Source: Pecten maximus (Eukaryota). From it: a stretch of 64,000 nt of DNA. Made by a program: the position numbers and the translations under genes. How positions within the stretch are numbered: the first letter of the stretch is position 1; each line of letters begins with the position of its first letter. Below, piece after piece: positions 1 to 12,900 of the stretch. The stretch spans positions 3,410,001 to 3,474,000 of the forward strand of contig NC_047029.1 of NCBI RefSeq assembly GCF_902652985.1, in the 5' to 3' direction. The notes beneath the pieces are model-generated. The model was given only the letters and a program-made list of their open reading frames with translations. It ran no database searches and had not been told where the DNA came from.

Positions 1-917
1 GATGATTAGGATCAGGCAATGATGATCAGGATCAGGCAATGATGATCAGGATCAGGCAATGATGATCAGGGAATGATGATTAGGATCAGGGAATGATGAT
101 TAGGATCAGGCAATGATGATTAGGATCAGGCAATGATGATCAGGATTAGGGAATGATGATCAGGATCAGGGAATGATGATTAGGATCAGGCAATGATGAT
201 TAGGATCAGGCAATGATGATCAGGATCAGGCAATGATGATCAGGATCAGGCAATGATGATCAGGGAATGATGATTAGGATCAGGCAATGATGATCAGGAT
301 CAGGCAATGATGATCAGGGAATGATGATTAGGATCAGGCAATGATGATCAGGATCAGGCAATGATGATTAGGATCAGGCAATGATGATCAGGATCAGGCA
401 ATGATGATTAGGATCAGGGAATGATGATTAGGATCAGGCAATGATGATCAGGGAATGATGATCAGGATCAGGGATGATGATTAGGATCAGGCAATGATGA
501 TCAGGCAATGATGATCAGGATCAGGCAATGATGATCAGGGAATGATGATTAGGATCAGGCAATGATGATCAGGATCAGGCAATGATGATTAGGATCAGGC
601 AATGATGATCAGGATCAGGCAATGATGATTAGGATCAGGGAATGATGATTAGGATCAGGCAATGATGATCAGGGAATGATGATCAGGATCAGGGATGATG
701 ATTAGGATCAGGCAATGATGATCAGGCAATGATGATCAGGCAATGATGATCAGGATCAGGGAATGATGATCAGGATCAGGGATGATGATCAGGATCAGGG
801 AATGATGATCAGGATCGGGGAATGATGATCAGGATCAGGGAATGATGATCAGGATCAGGGAATGATGATCAGGATCAGAATATGATGATCTGGGAATGAT
901 GATCAGGATCAGGGAAT
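1..917. repeat. Minisatellite, 20-bp unit GATGATYAGGATCAGGSAAT with 14-bp variants; runs off the window start
   Basis: Directly visible tandem array; a diagnostic variant (GGGATGATGATTAGG) recurs at about 471 and 692. Confidence 0.97.
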
Positions 918-2539
918 GGTGCTTATATTATTGCTTTATTGCAGAAGTCTGAGTCTGAATTAGTAATCATGAGATTTATGGACACTCAAAATGTTAGAAA
1001 GTGTATTTATTATTTAAAGAGGCTAAATGGTCTATATTGCTGTTATATTATACTGATAAATTAATCTTGATCGGGTCAAGCTACAATGTGTATGATCAAA
1101 ATCATTAGAAATCACCATATTCATTCTCAAATATGCCATCTTTCCAAGTGTAAAAATCAGTGTGTAAATCAGTATAGACTTTCATTTAACTTTTTACAGA
1201 AAAAATAAATAAATAAAAAACTTGACATTTAGTCCTTCACAACAACAATTTCTTTTCTTCTGACCAAATATATAACCAAGTTTTGTTCAAAATGTCTGTA
1301 AAGGCCAATCAAGGGAGCAAAGAAAATAAGATTTAAAGACAGGTGGCCTCTATAGATGTTCATGGTTATTCTGACAGAAGTTCGTTATTATGGCCGACAC
1401 CAGTCTCAGTCAGGTGCTTAATTTGTGCTAGGTTATTTATAGCTGAGAAAATGCATCATATTAAAACTTAAGGACAAACTAATTAATTAAGCTTTTGTGG
1501 CTAATTTAGGATAATTGACAACTCTATCTAGATCTACAGAAAAATTTCTGTCATATTTTTCTTACAGGTCTGGTCATGTTCTCCTTTAGTACTGTACACA
1601 ACACTTGCATGTACACATTGTGTATCTACATTGTATATAACATACTTTCTATTTTTTCGATGTACTTTATGAGCAGAGGCAGTTCCCAGCGTTTGTGTTT
1701 CCATCGTTTGTACCAGATCTGAAAGATTTATAAGATTGTCAGAATAAAGCACCAAATTCATAACAATTTTTTCAGTACACAAAGTTTAAAGTTTCACTCA
1801 AATTTCACAATAAGTCTCAATAAATCAAATTATAAGCATTATCAATCTATCAATATAAAAGAAATATAAATAATGTATTTTACCAGTCAATCATTTTGAT
1901 GACTTTCAGCTACATGCATAAAAGTTCAAGAATAATTCATGATGATATTATTATTGCACAATCATTCATAATATTTCATGAAGTTTTCAGCAAAGCACTT
2001 GATGAATGAATAATAATTAATTAATTCCAAAGTTCATAAATATTCATGACTTGAAATTCTGCACAATTTCATGAACTCATTTGTCATTTTACAGGTGATA
2101 GAAAATTTAATTATCATTATAGAGTAAAAAAAACTAACCTTGAAATCATGAATGAGGAGAGTTAGGCAGTTCATACTGGCACGTATATTCTTTTTCTGTT
2201 GTTTTTGTGTTCTGTCGATCCTGTCACACATTTTAATAATCATTGGAGCTGCAGTATGGGGACTACATCAAACAGCTACTGAACAAATAGGTTTTCTTTC
2301 TATCTACACTAGCTGACTTTATATTCCCATATCACATTGTATTCAGAGTGTCTGTTTCTTAATTGTTAAAATATTTCTAAAAGTAGAAAAGATATTAAAC
2401 AAATCTGATGATAATACTAATTCTCATTTCACATCTTTTGTTTTCATGTTGCTTTATGGTAATGATTTTTGCTTTCTATCAAACACTGGTTTTTAGTCTG
2501 ATTTTGCAACAAAATTCATCCATTCCTATCTACAAATGT

Positions 2540-2990
2540 AAAGAGGCCCAATGGGCTGTATCGCTCACCCGCTTCTAGAGCAACTTTGAAGTTGATCTAG
2601 GTCATTAATTATGCAGATACTCTAAGTTGATTACCATTTTATTTAGATATCAGAGTAGACTTGGTTTATTCATGGAAATAGATTTTGTAGTCCTTAATTC
2701 ATTGCAGCATACTATGGCCCAACCAATATCAGGTCTCAGAATCTCTCAGCTATCGTGAACTCATTGCGATCTTCAATGTAGGTCATGGTCATACATTTGA
2801 ACAAACTTAATTGGCAGCCATTTACCTCAGTATGATACAGACCCAACATCATGTCTCTAGGCCTCATGGTTATTGAGAAGAAATTGCTTATATATTTCAG
2901 CCTATTTGACCCCTGTGACCTTGAATGTAGGTCAAGGTTATCAGAAACATTTCTAAACCACATTTGAACAAACTTCGGGCAGATGATTTA
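2540..2990. mobile_element. Degenerate Helentron/HINE-like non-autonomous element fragment
   Basis: Starts AAGAGGCCCAATGGGC..TCGCTCACC, the same terminal hairpin style as the intact element at 38692; internal TGACC(C/T)TG core motifs. Confidence 0.45.
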
Positions 2991-3405
2991 AAAATTAAAA
3001 TAATGTATGTTGACATCCCACAAACCCAAAATTTTAAGAAAAAAAAAGAAAAAAATAGTAAATGGAAACTTTACAATGTCAAAACTTAATTATTGTCTAA
3101 AACTGAAGTGTTTCAGTTTAATTTTAAATGTGGTTATGATTTTTGTAAGAACTGCAAATTGTTAATTGCATCATTATTTTCAAAAAACATGGATGACTCA
3201 GTCAAAATACTATATTCTATAGCTACTGTATAGTTCCTGCTAATATTCTGTACTTTACATTAGAGCAGTATTAAATCTTATATTAGTATTTAAAAGCAGA
3301 GAACTCTGTACACAGTATTTGACTGAACTTGGTAAACTAACAAGGTGCATTGTGTACACGTGTATCATTAATATCACAATACTGTTGATATGACCTAGTA
3401 CTTAC

Positions 3406-6400
3406 ATAAGGGAATCTGTCCCCATAAAGTCCTTCAGCTTTGAAGGTTCTGTTATATTCCTCTGGTATTGATCTTCATTGAACTGTGTCCTTGAATGACG
3501 AGCTTGTAAACTCCCAGGTAACGATAGATTTTGACAATGTCTGGGCCAGAGACACCCTCCTCATAAATGGCTTTGAAGCAATTTAGAAAATATATTAAAG
3601 TAACATACATGTACATAATAATGTATGCACAGTTATGAGTTTCACAAATTAAACTAAATTTAAAGCAATATACCGTTGGGAAAGTGAATTGTTACATCAA
3701 ATTTTGAGATTGGCATGCCAAAATATATTTGTCTATATCATTGTAAGCAATTCAATTACGCATTCAGATATTTCAGTCAATCTAGCTAGCTAGCTCATGC
3801 ATGTATATTGTCCATTTTACTGTGTGATCTTCTGAAATTAACCTGACATTGTTTTTTAATTAAGAGTTAGATGATTCACAATTCTTTTCTTAAACAATCC
3901 TTGAAACGATAAAGCCAGACAGATTATTAAAATGAAAACTACCTTAATTATTTTGTAAATTTCATATGGAAAACCAATGGAAATTAATCGTGGCTTTAAT
4001 TTTCCACTCATGCATTATCTGATCATAGAACAAGAACAAAGGCTGCTTAATTTCCAAAGGAAATTCCTTAAAGATCCATTTTATTTAACGCTGATTGGCT
4101 GTACAGGTAATACATTTAATTGTGGTATGATGGGACTTCTTGAAAAAAGTAGGATCCATTTCAATTGTGTGTTTAAAGACTTAATCAGAACAGCTGCAGC
4201 ACAAGTCTTGTATAGGATACATATGCTTTTAACTATTTCACTTACCTTGCCATTAAATTCAAAGTCATGTGCCGACATATCATTAGGATATTTCTGTCGT
4301 GAAGATGATGCCTGTTCCTAATATCATATAACATAAATGTACATAATTGTTTGCAGATTTGGATGATTTGAAGCATAGAATTTTCACAACCCCCATTAAA
4401 AATTGTCTACTATATATGTCAATTGTGATGTGTATCAGTCTATTTTCATGATGTATTTATTAAAGAATTACGCAGTGCGTTTGATATATCGTCGAAATGT
4501 TATTTATACAAACATATTGTGGATACCTTCAATACTCAATTTTATCTTATTAAGCCAATTAATTATAAATTTAAAAAGTTATTGAGTCAATTCCGTATGC
4601 AAGGACACAGTCTAAATATTGAATCTGGGCGCTACAATAAAATACCTAGAAGTCAAAGAGTTTGCACAGTTTGTGACAAAAATGACGTCGAGGACGAAGT
4701 ACATTTTGTGCTTCTTTGTCCTGCATATTCTGAACTAAGAAAAACATACATCAAAAAATAATTTAATTTTGCTTGTAACAAGCATTTTCATTGGCTCAAA
4801 AAATTATGTTATCATCTCATAACATAAAAAAATAAAAGGAACTACTTTCAGTTATACCGGAAGTTGACTGTGACGTCAGCGGAGTAATCGTTGTTCACGG
4901 GATTTTGTATTTATCGATGTGTTTTTAAATATCTGGAGTAAAATAAACATGTTATACTTAATGAAAATGTTTCTTATCGTTGTTAATTAAATTATAAGGG
5001 TTAACTGTAATATTCTTTTTACATTATTGAGCAATAACACAAAAAACTGGGGTGTACTCTTTTCATAAACCGCTTCGCGATTTATTCAGAGTACACCCCA
5101 GTTTTTTTGTGTTATTGCTCAATAACGTAAAAAAATATTACAGTTATAACCCTTAAGTATTATTATTCTCGTCCAAGTGTTTATAAATTGATAGAATTAT
5201 TTTCCAGTAAAAGTGTTAAAACCTTGAATAGATTGGGTAAATTTTTGTTACATGCCACTGCAGAAAGAAAAACTCTCCTTGTAAGTAACTAAATTAAATG
5301 CGTTTTGGAAATTATGATCACAGTTTTTATATGTAGTGTTCTTGTATATACATTATATATGTATGTAGAAAGTATGTTATTTATATTGAATAGTACATGT
5401 TTAAATTATGTCGTCATACTGTCATGACGTCATAGGCATGCAATACGTAGACGCTGTAATTGTTATGCATCAGTTACAAGTTTTCAAAAGCAATATGTTA
5501 TTCATTATTATGTGTCTAAATGGAGAAATGAAAATGTAAATATTATTAGAAATAATCTTAGTGTTAATGTAAATAATCTTATAGATATTGGGAATAGAAT
5601 TGTTAGTTCACAAAATGATGTTAATGGTGTTATTGATGATTTTTGTAAACTTGTTAATACATGTGTTTTACCTTATTGTGACGTGCGTAAAGTGAGTGCG
5701 AAAAATGACAATATGAATGTTCAACATAGCTCTAAAAGGTCAGATGATAAGCCATGGTTTACATATGAATGTAAGAGAAAATATTTTGACTATAAACATG
5801 CATTGGGAAACTTCAACTGCTCTAAGTCAGATGAAAATTATCGTATCCTTATAGAAAAAAAGACATTGTACAAAAGACTTGAAAACAGGTTGAAAAGACA
5901 ATATAACAGACATGAAGGTAATATGTTAGATCTGATTCGTAAGAATAACCCAAAACAGTTTTATAAATATTTCTCGAAAACTAAAAGTAGGACAATGCAG
6001 TCTAATTTAAACAATGATGATTTTGGCAATGGTGACATGTCAATTACGGCTGGTGAGACAATTTTCGACGAATTAGATTTACAAATCAGTGAGGATGAAG
6101 TGGTTGCTGCAATAAGAAATCTGAAAAGGAGCAAAAGTTGTAGTGAGGATAATATTTTAAATGAATTTTTTATTGATTGTGAGAAATTTGAGTTGCTACC
6201 ATGTATTACAAATGTCTTCAATAATATTTTTCAGTCTGGCTTTTTCCCAGAATCTTGGTCAAAAGGTTGTATAGTTCCAATTTTCAAAAAAGGTGATATT
6301 GATAATCCGAATAATTACAGAGGTTTGACAATAATAAGCTGTATGGGCAAATTATTTACATCCATTCTTAATAAGAGGCTGATGAAATGGGATAAACAGT

Positions 6401-9119
6401 ATAATGTAATAACGGATGCTCAGTTTGGATTTAAACCTGGTTTTTCTACAGTTGATGCTATTTTTGTTCTGCAAACTTTAGTTAACAAAACATTGAAAAA
6501 TAAAAAAAGATTATACTGCTGCTTTATAGATTATAAAAAAGCTTTTGATTTAATTGATAGAAGCCGTTTATGGTCAAAACTTATAAAACAGGGAATTGAT
6601 GGAAAGATGTTAAAAATAATACAATCTTTATATGATAATGTAAAGTCTTGCATCAAACATAATGGAGTATTGTCAGAATACTATAGAAACACGATCGGTT
6701 TATTCAAAGGAGAAATTTTGTCGCCTATTTTGTACAGTTTATATGTAAATGATTGTGAAATGTGTTTTATTAGAGAGAACTGCCAATCAGTGGAAATTGG
6801 TTTGATCAATCTATTTTTAATTATGTATGCGGATGATACCGTTCTGATAGCAGAGTCACCTCAGTCACTCCAAGAAATGTTAAATGCATTGTATCTATAT
6901 AATAATGAATGGAAATTAACTCTTAATGTTGATAAAACTAAAATCATGATATTTAGGAACGGAGGTAGACTGCGTGACAATGAAAAATGGTTTTATAATA
7001 ATGTAGATATAGAAGTAGTTAATGAATTTAATTATCTTGGAATGTTGTTCAATTATAATGGAAAGTTCAAAAAAACTCAAATTCATGTTGCTAACCAAGG
7101 TAGGAAAGCTTACTTTTCCATAAATAGTAAGTTGAAAAGTCACTCATTTAATATTAAGACACAATATTCTGTGTTTGATACATATATAAATAGTATATTA
7201 GGATATGCAAGTGAAATATGGGGGCATCATAAAGCACCAGACGTAGAAAAAGTACATACCATCTTTTGTAAAAGTTTACTTGGAGTTAATAAATCTACAT
7301 GTAATGATTTTCTTTATTTGGAGTTGGGCAGATTCCCATTATATATTATCAGGAAACTAAAAAATTTTAAGTATTGGCTTAAACTGAAAAGTACTTCAAA
7401 TTGTATATTAAAAGCATGTTTGGAACAGAGAATTGAGTCGAATGATGAATGGAAAATGAACTTGATAAAGTAGGCCTTTCTTATCTCTGGCATGATACTG
7501 CAACTGATTGTTATACGTATAGTGTTATAGAAAATAGAATTAAGGATGTGTATCAGCAAGAAATCATTAATAGAATTAATGCTACATCACGAGGTGTAGT
7601 ATATAAACATTTAGTCGATAATTTTTGTTTACAATTTTATCTAAGTAAGCCCATTGATAGTATTTATAAAAAGTGTCTAGCTAAATTAAGACTTTCGTCA
7701 CATAATTTAAATATAGAGTATGGCAGAAAACATAATGTTCCTAGGGCTAACAGATTATGCGATTGTTGTAATTTAGAGGAAATTGAAGACGAGTATCATT
7801 TTTTACTACAATGTCCATTTTACTCTGATCTTCGTCAACAATATATTAAACATTATTATTACAGAAAGCCAAGTGTTTTCAAATTAGTCAAATTATTAAG
7901 TGTGAATAATGTTAAAGAACTAAATAAAACTGGTAAATTTATCCATTTAGCTTTTAGAAAAAGGGCAGAAAAGGTTAATAGTTAAATATTATTTTGTTAA
8001 ACTAATGAGATGGATAAGCTTACAATATTATGTTGAACACTCTCCGACCATGTAACTGTTTTATTGTATACCTATGCATTTCCATGTTGTTATTTTCACT
8101 TATGGGCCGATAGGTCCTTGGAATAAATTGAACTTGAAATATGCTTTTAACTATTTCACTTACCTTGCCATTAAATTCAAAGTCATGTGCCGACATATCA
8201 TTAGGATATTTCTGTCGTGCAGATGATGCCGTTTCCTAATATCATATAACAAAAATGTACATAATTGTTTACAGATTTGGATGATTTGAAGCATAGAATT
8301 TTCACAAACCCATTAAAAATTATCTACTATACAGATTGAGTCAATTGTAATGTGCATCAGTCTATACATAACTTTATAATCAAAGCTATATCAACTGCAC
8401 TGTACCCAAGCAGCAAAGTCAACCTGCTTAAAATACAGATCAAAAATAAACAAATAAAAAAAAATCAAATTGATACAAAGTATACTTGGTTCTTAAATTG
8501 TGAAAAAATTAGGAATTAGAAGTGGGACTGTTAAGCATAGGAACTTAATTGTTTAATTTCAAATGTGCAATATGAAACAAAAACCTATATAAGACTAATT
8601 AATCTAAGGCCTGTGTTATATTAAACAGGTTATCAATTTATCAAATATGAACCAAGATTCTAAGTTTGTCTAGATAAGAAAGGCATAATTTTTAGTTTTT
8701 GTTGGTTTCATACCTGTAGAATATTATCATTCTTCTCTCTTATGGCTTCTGTATGTAAACTTTCTCTGTGCTGCATACCATTCTTCTCAACATTTACACC
8801 GGTGTACTCTATATCTCTTGGGGTAAAGTTTCTTTCAGTCTGTGTTAAACTGCTTAACCCTGTGTTCTGTGTGGAATGTGTATCCATTTGTGGTACATAT
8901 CCACCAGTCTGCGTAGATAACTCCTCATTCTTCATACCAACTGTCTGTGTAGGGTTCCTATTGCTCTGTGTTTCTCTAGAATTCTGTGAAATTATGTTCC
9001 TGTTTGTCAATATTCTCTCATCTTCCATAGTATCCCGACGGGAACTGGCTGGTGCTTCAACTGCAGCCTTCAGCAACTGGCGTTTGTAGGCCTGCTTTGC
9101 ATACCCACCAAAACTCTCC
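3406..9119 (-). CDS. Unidentified spliced gene, partial model, divergent from MINDY4
   Basis: Exon 9119-8714 (ttttcag acceptor, gtatga donor, open frame ESFGGYAKQAYKRQLLKAAVE...NILQ) joins in phase 0 to a 72-nt exon at 8235-8164 and/or its copy at 4317-4246 (AG/GTAAGT). A further probable exon ends at a GTAAGT donor near 3406, and an upstream donor AAG|GTAAGG lies near 9795. Start, end and product are unresolved. Confidence 0.5.
4221..4443. repeat. Left copy of a ~220-bp direct repeat flanking the LINE block (right copy 8139-8365)
   Basis: ATATGCTTTTAACTATTTCACTTACC...ATCAGTCTAT occurs at both places with scattered substitutions. Confidence 0.92.
4444..5290 (+). mobile_element. 3' fragment of a non-LTR retrotransposon ORF2, interrupted by an insertion at ~4760-5156
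   Basis: HSLNIESGRY..RVCTVC..VEDEVHFVLLC zinc-knuckle C-terminus; the frame resumes after 5157 as YYYSRPSVYKLIEL; paralogous to the 7449-7985 ORF. Confidence 0.8.
4760..5156. mobile_element. Non-autonomous element ending in a long palindrome (~4996-5155), possibly Crypton-like
   Basis: Splits the LINE frame at IKK|YYY. Arms of about 65 bp (AAGGGTTA..GGGGTGTACTCT / AGAGTACACCCC..TAACCCTT). The family label is inference. Confidence 0.65.
5512..8138 (+). mobile_element. 5'-truncated non-LTR retrotransposon (RTE/RTEX-like ORF2 reverse transcriptase), frameshifted near 7450
   Basis: RT motifs PIFKKG..NYRG, QFGF, FIDYKKAFD, ILSPILY, YADD, YLG; C-terminal CxxC..HFLLQC in the 7449-7985 frame; 3' end AATAAATTGAACTTGAA abuts the right direct repeat. 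Confidence 0.93.
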
Positions 9120-9795
9120 CTGAAAGAGAATAAAATATTCTTTAAGTACTATAAAAAGTATAATCCATGTATTATTACTTAGCGTTCTGACAGTCTCCAT
9201 ATTTAGCAAGTTTGACATATTAGTGGAAAAGGAGAATCGCGGTACAGGGGCATGTCCAAGTCTGCATACCCCTGTTGCCAGGGCCTGCTGAAGCTTTTAA
9301 CTATTTGGGGGTCAAAAACCTAAGAAGACGCAAGGGTATTATCATAATGGTGAGACAACAATTGGCAATTTTGTAATGTTAGCTGGTTATTATCTACGCA
9401 AAATCCGAAGAAATTTAGTTAGACATCGTTAACAAAATCAAGACGCACATGAACCTTTCGCCACTCAAACCTTCCCGCTGTAAGAAACTTAAGTAGGAAA
9501 ACACCGGTTAAAGGTAGGATCATTTTCTGAACCAAATATACCGGTAGTGTTTTATTGGAAGTTGTGTTCGTGATATAACGCTGTTGATTATAATACTTAT
9601 ATATCAATATTTTTATATATTAAATACGTGCTTTTGGGTGTAGAAATTATGCATATTGATGTAAAATATCAATTTTGTCAATAACGGTCGAATAAAAGAA
9701 AATGTACTTGCTTGTGTAAAGTAAAATCTTAGTTAATCACTTTCTGTTATTATTTGTTAAAATAGCGTTGAAAACGATATAAACAGGTGCCTTAC

Positions 9796-9980
9796 CTTAT
9801 TTTTACTAAAATACGTGATAAACTTATATTTTATGTCATGTTTTGAAATAAAATTTGATTGCGTTTGTGCGAGACTGAGATCTCAGCGGAATGTTTCAAT
9901 ATGGCGGACGATGAGTGTGATCATTAGACTTTCAGCAGCCGGGTCTAGATTTAATGGACTGTTAGTGATATAGCCTCACA
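9796..9980. promoter_or_regulatory. Probable bidirectional promoter / MINDY4 5' leader
   Basis: Under 200 bp between a - strand donor (~9795) and the MINDY4 ATG; locally CpG-richer; YY1-like AATATGGCGG at 9898-9907. Confidence 0.45.
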
Positions 9981-12900
9981 ATGAATAACTTACGCGTCGA
10001 GGCTATAGCTTCCTCGATTGTTCGAGAATATCTCAGTCGAAAGGTACACGGAATTATATATATTTCCGACCTATTTTTCCGAAGCTTAACCTAGGCTAGT
10101 CGTAGTCCGAATCGAATTTTCTTACGATCTTGGTCTACACACAGGCCTACTGTAGGGTTCGTTAAGGTGACGTGCTATATGATATGGGCCGCACATATGT
10201 CTGTCTACTCCGATTAAGTTAGAGGATGACACGACGAGAAACTCAATCTTATAAATGGTGGTATCGGAGCCAAAATATAGCCAGAGACTTTAGCTACATG
10301 TAGCAAAGTATATAGTGGTCTATATATAAATTAAGCAGATACATAACGTGCAAAGCAGTTGTAAAAATGCGATATCATCACAGAGACATATATATCTGTA
10401 TATATGTCTCTGATCATCAGCAGATCTAGATTTTCTATATTTAATCATTTACGAGCAGAGAATGATCATACACCTATCAATTTGGCCTAGCGTTTATTCA
10501 CTATATTGTTTATTTTATTGAGATTTTTTTTATTTAAACAAAATCAATGGATACCAGTTTTTGGTAAAATTGGTGTACTATTAGGTGGGTAGATTGGGTT
10601 TAAGTTTGGTGTCATAATGAAACCACTCCAGCTGATTTAGATTTTGCATCGATTCGACTATAGTCTAATTAAGTGCTATATAGCTACCACACAGTATTTG
10701 GGAATGTAAGCTGGAGCATCGACTTCACATCATGACATTTCGACCCCACTAGAAGAAACAGCAATTTGCATTGTGAAACAGCTCATAAAGGAAGACACCT
10801 ACATTTGAATTAGTGCACATGTTAATCTGAATTTGTATCTTAATATTACATGGAAATACATTTTAGTATACTGTTGTTAAAACACCTCAAATCTGATGCT
10901 GGAAACTTGAATTTGTGTAAACTAAAATTTAACTTCGTTTAATTCTTCATCTTTGAAATAATATTGTTACTTAAATTTGATCTCTATAGGGTTTGAAAGG
11001 AACCCTTCAGTCTATGGACGAGGAAATGCCAAGGTCTGATGCATGTATCAGTAACCGCCAGGCTTTGATGAAGGAGTTACGAATTGAAAAACTAATGAAG
11101 AAGAATAAGGTAATGTATAATTATAGTTTATGTCATTTAGGAATTTTAAAGGTGCTTGTTTGCTACTTTGTGGAGAGGATATAAACTTCCCATCACAAAA
11201 ATGCATAACAAGTGACATCCATAGTAAGAAAATATATAATTAATAGTAAACAATTTATACAGCCCCCTAAAATGACCACTTTTCAAGACCGAAAGTTACA
11301 TTTAGAGTATATATAGAGACATGACATGGTAGAATGTCTTTGGTATGCAATTAATTAAGGGTTCACCTTCAAATTTTCAGTTGAAAGATCAGAATCTCGA
11401 AATTGTATAGGGCGGTGATAGCATAAAGTATGTAACTTTTACTATTGTATCAAAATATATACACAACATCCTATTCTTGTTTTCTAATGAATTGATCATA
11501 TTTACACTTAGTCAAAGATGTTGCACCATTAAAGAAGGTTCCTGTTTGAATTATTTTCGACCTCCACCCATGATCTATATATACCATGTATAATGCATAC
11601 AAGTAGATTTTTTTCGTCATGCTAGCATATATTGTGTAAGTATTTTAGGTACTGACTACTGTCGCCAATTTACATTTCATGACATGATTGAGTCATGCAG
11701 CAAAATTATTTCTAATAAAATTGTTTTGTTGTGCAGGAGATGTTGGACCCTCTGCGATCTATGATAGAAGTGGTAACTAAATTCTTACTGGAGAGATCTG
11801 AGGGAAACCTTGACCGACCAATTAGCTCTAAGGCTCATGGTCATCAGGACCATAGTCCGGAAGCACAAAACTCCCCAGGAACAGACAAACTGAACTTCAA
11901 GTTTTCCAGTGAGGCAATGGCTGCTGCTTCATCGAAGAGAAAGACAATAGGATCTGCTGCCAGTAGTGCAGGTACGTAGGTGTCTTAAAATGTTGTCATC
12001 TCCGCAGCAATCAGTTCAGGTAAACATTGGGAAATTATCTATTATAAATGATTTTATTTGAAGGTAAAAACTACTTCCTGCTGTGTATTTAAGTCTGGCA
12101 TGGTCTTCTGAAGACATCCACTTGTAGCAGTACCGATTATTATTGTAACAATTTTATCAGGTGTTGGAGAATCACTGCTGACTTTGTAATGTAATCACTG
12201 AATTTTATATATCTTAACATTTCCAAAATAATGAAGTGCTGTTATACTTAAATGTAGTCTAAAAGAACTATTAATAGGGAATACATGGCCTGTCAGACAA
12301 AGAGAGAGAGAGAGAGAAAAAAATATGTTTGAGGGAGATTATGTAATCATCTTGTTTGCATTTCAACCCATACAATTTTCTTCGTAGAGCATCCTCCAGA
12401 ATTTTTATATACAGACCTAAAATTTGGCTTCCAGAATGTTAAGATAGACAACATTTCCAAAATAATTAAGTGCTGTTATACTTGCATTAAATAATGCATT
12501 CTCTGGAATTTTTTTTGGACAGACCAAAAATTTGTCTCCAGAATTTTTTACACATACCAAAAAATTGGCTGTAGATCTAGACTTCAGAATGTTAAAATGG
12601 ATAATCGGTTTTGTTACAGCCCCGACTAAGACAGAGACTGGTGACCTTGTGATAGATGACAACCTGGAGAGTGAGACCGTTTTAGGAGAAGGAAAGTCTG
12701 GTGTCCTAGCCCAGGGTAGTTCTGAAGTCACTCCCTCCACACAAAAAACTCGTCCTCGCTCTTCTAATAAACATCGAGGTCTGTCCGGGCCTGTTACTAG
12801 TAATCTGGATGTAAGTAAGCACTGGAAATTTTACTTTATTTGTATTGTTTAACATCCTATCAACAGCTATGGTCAATTAAAGACGGGTCCTCCTGTTTCC

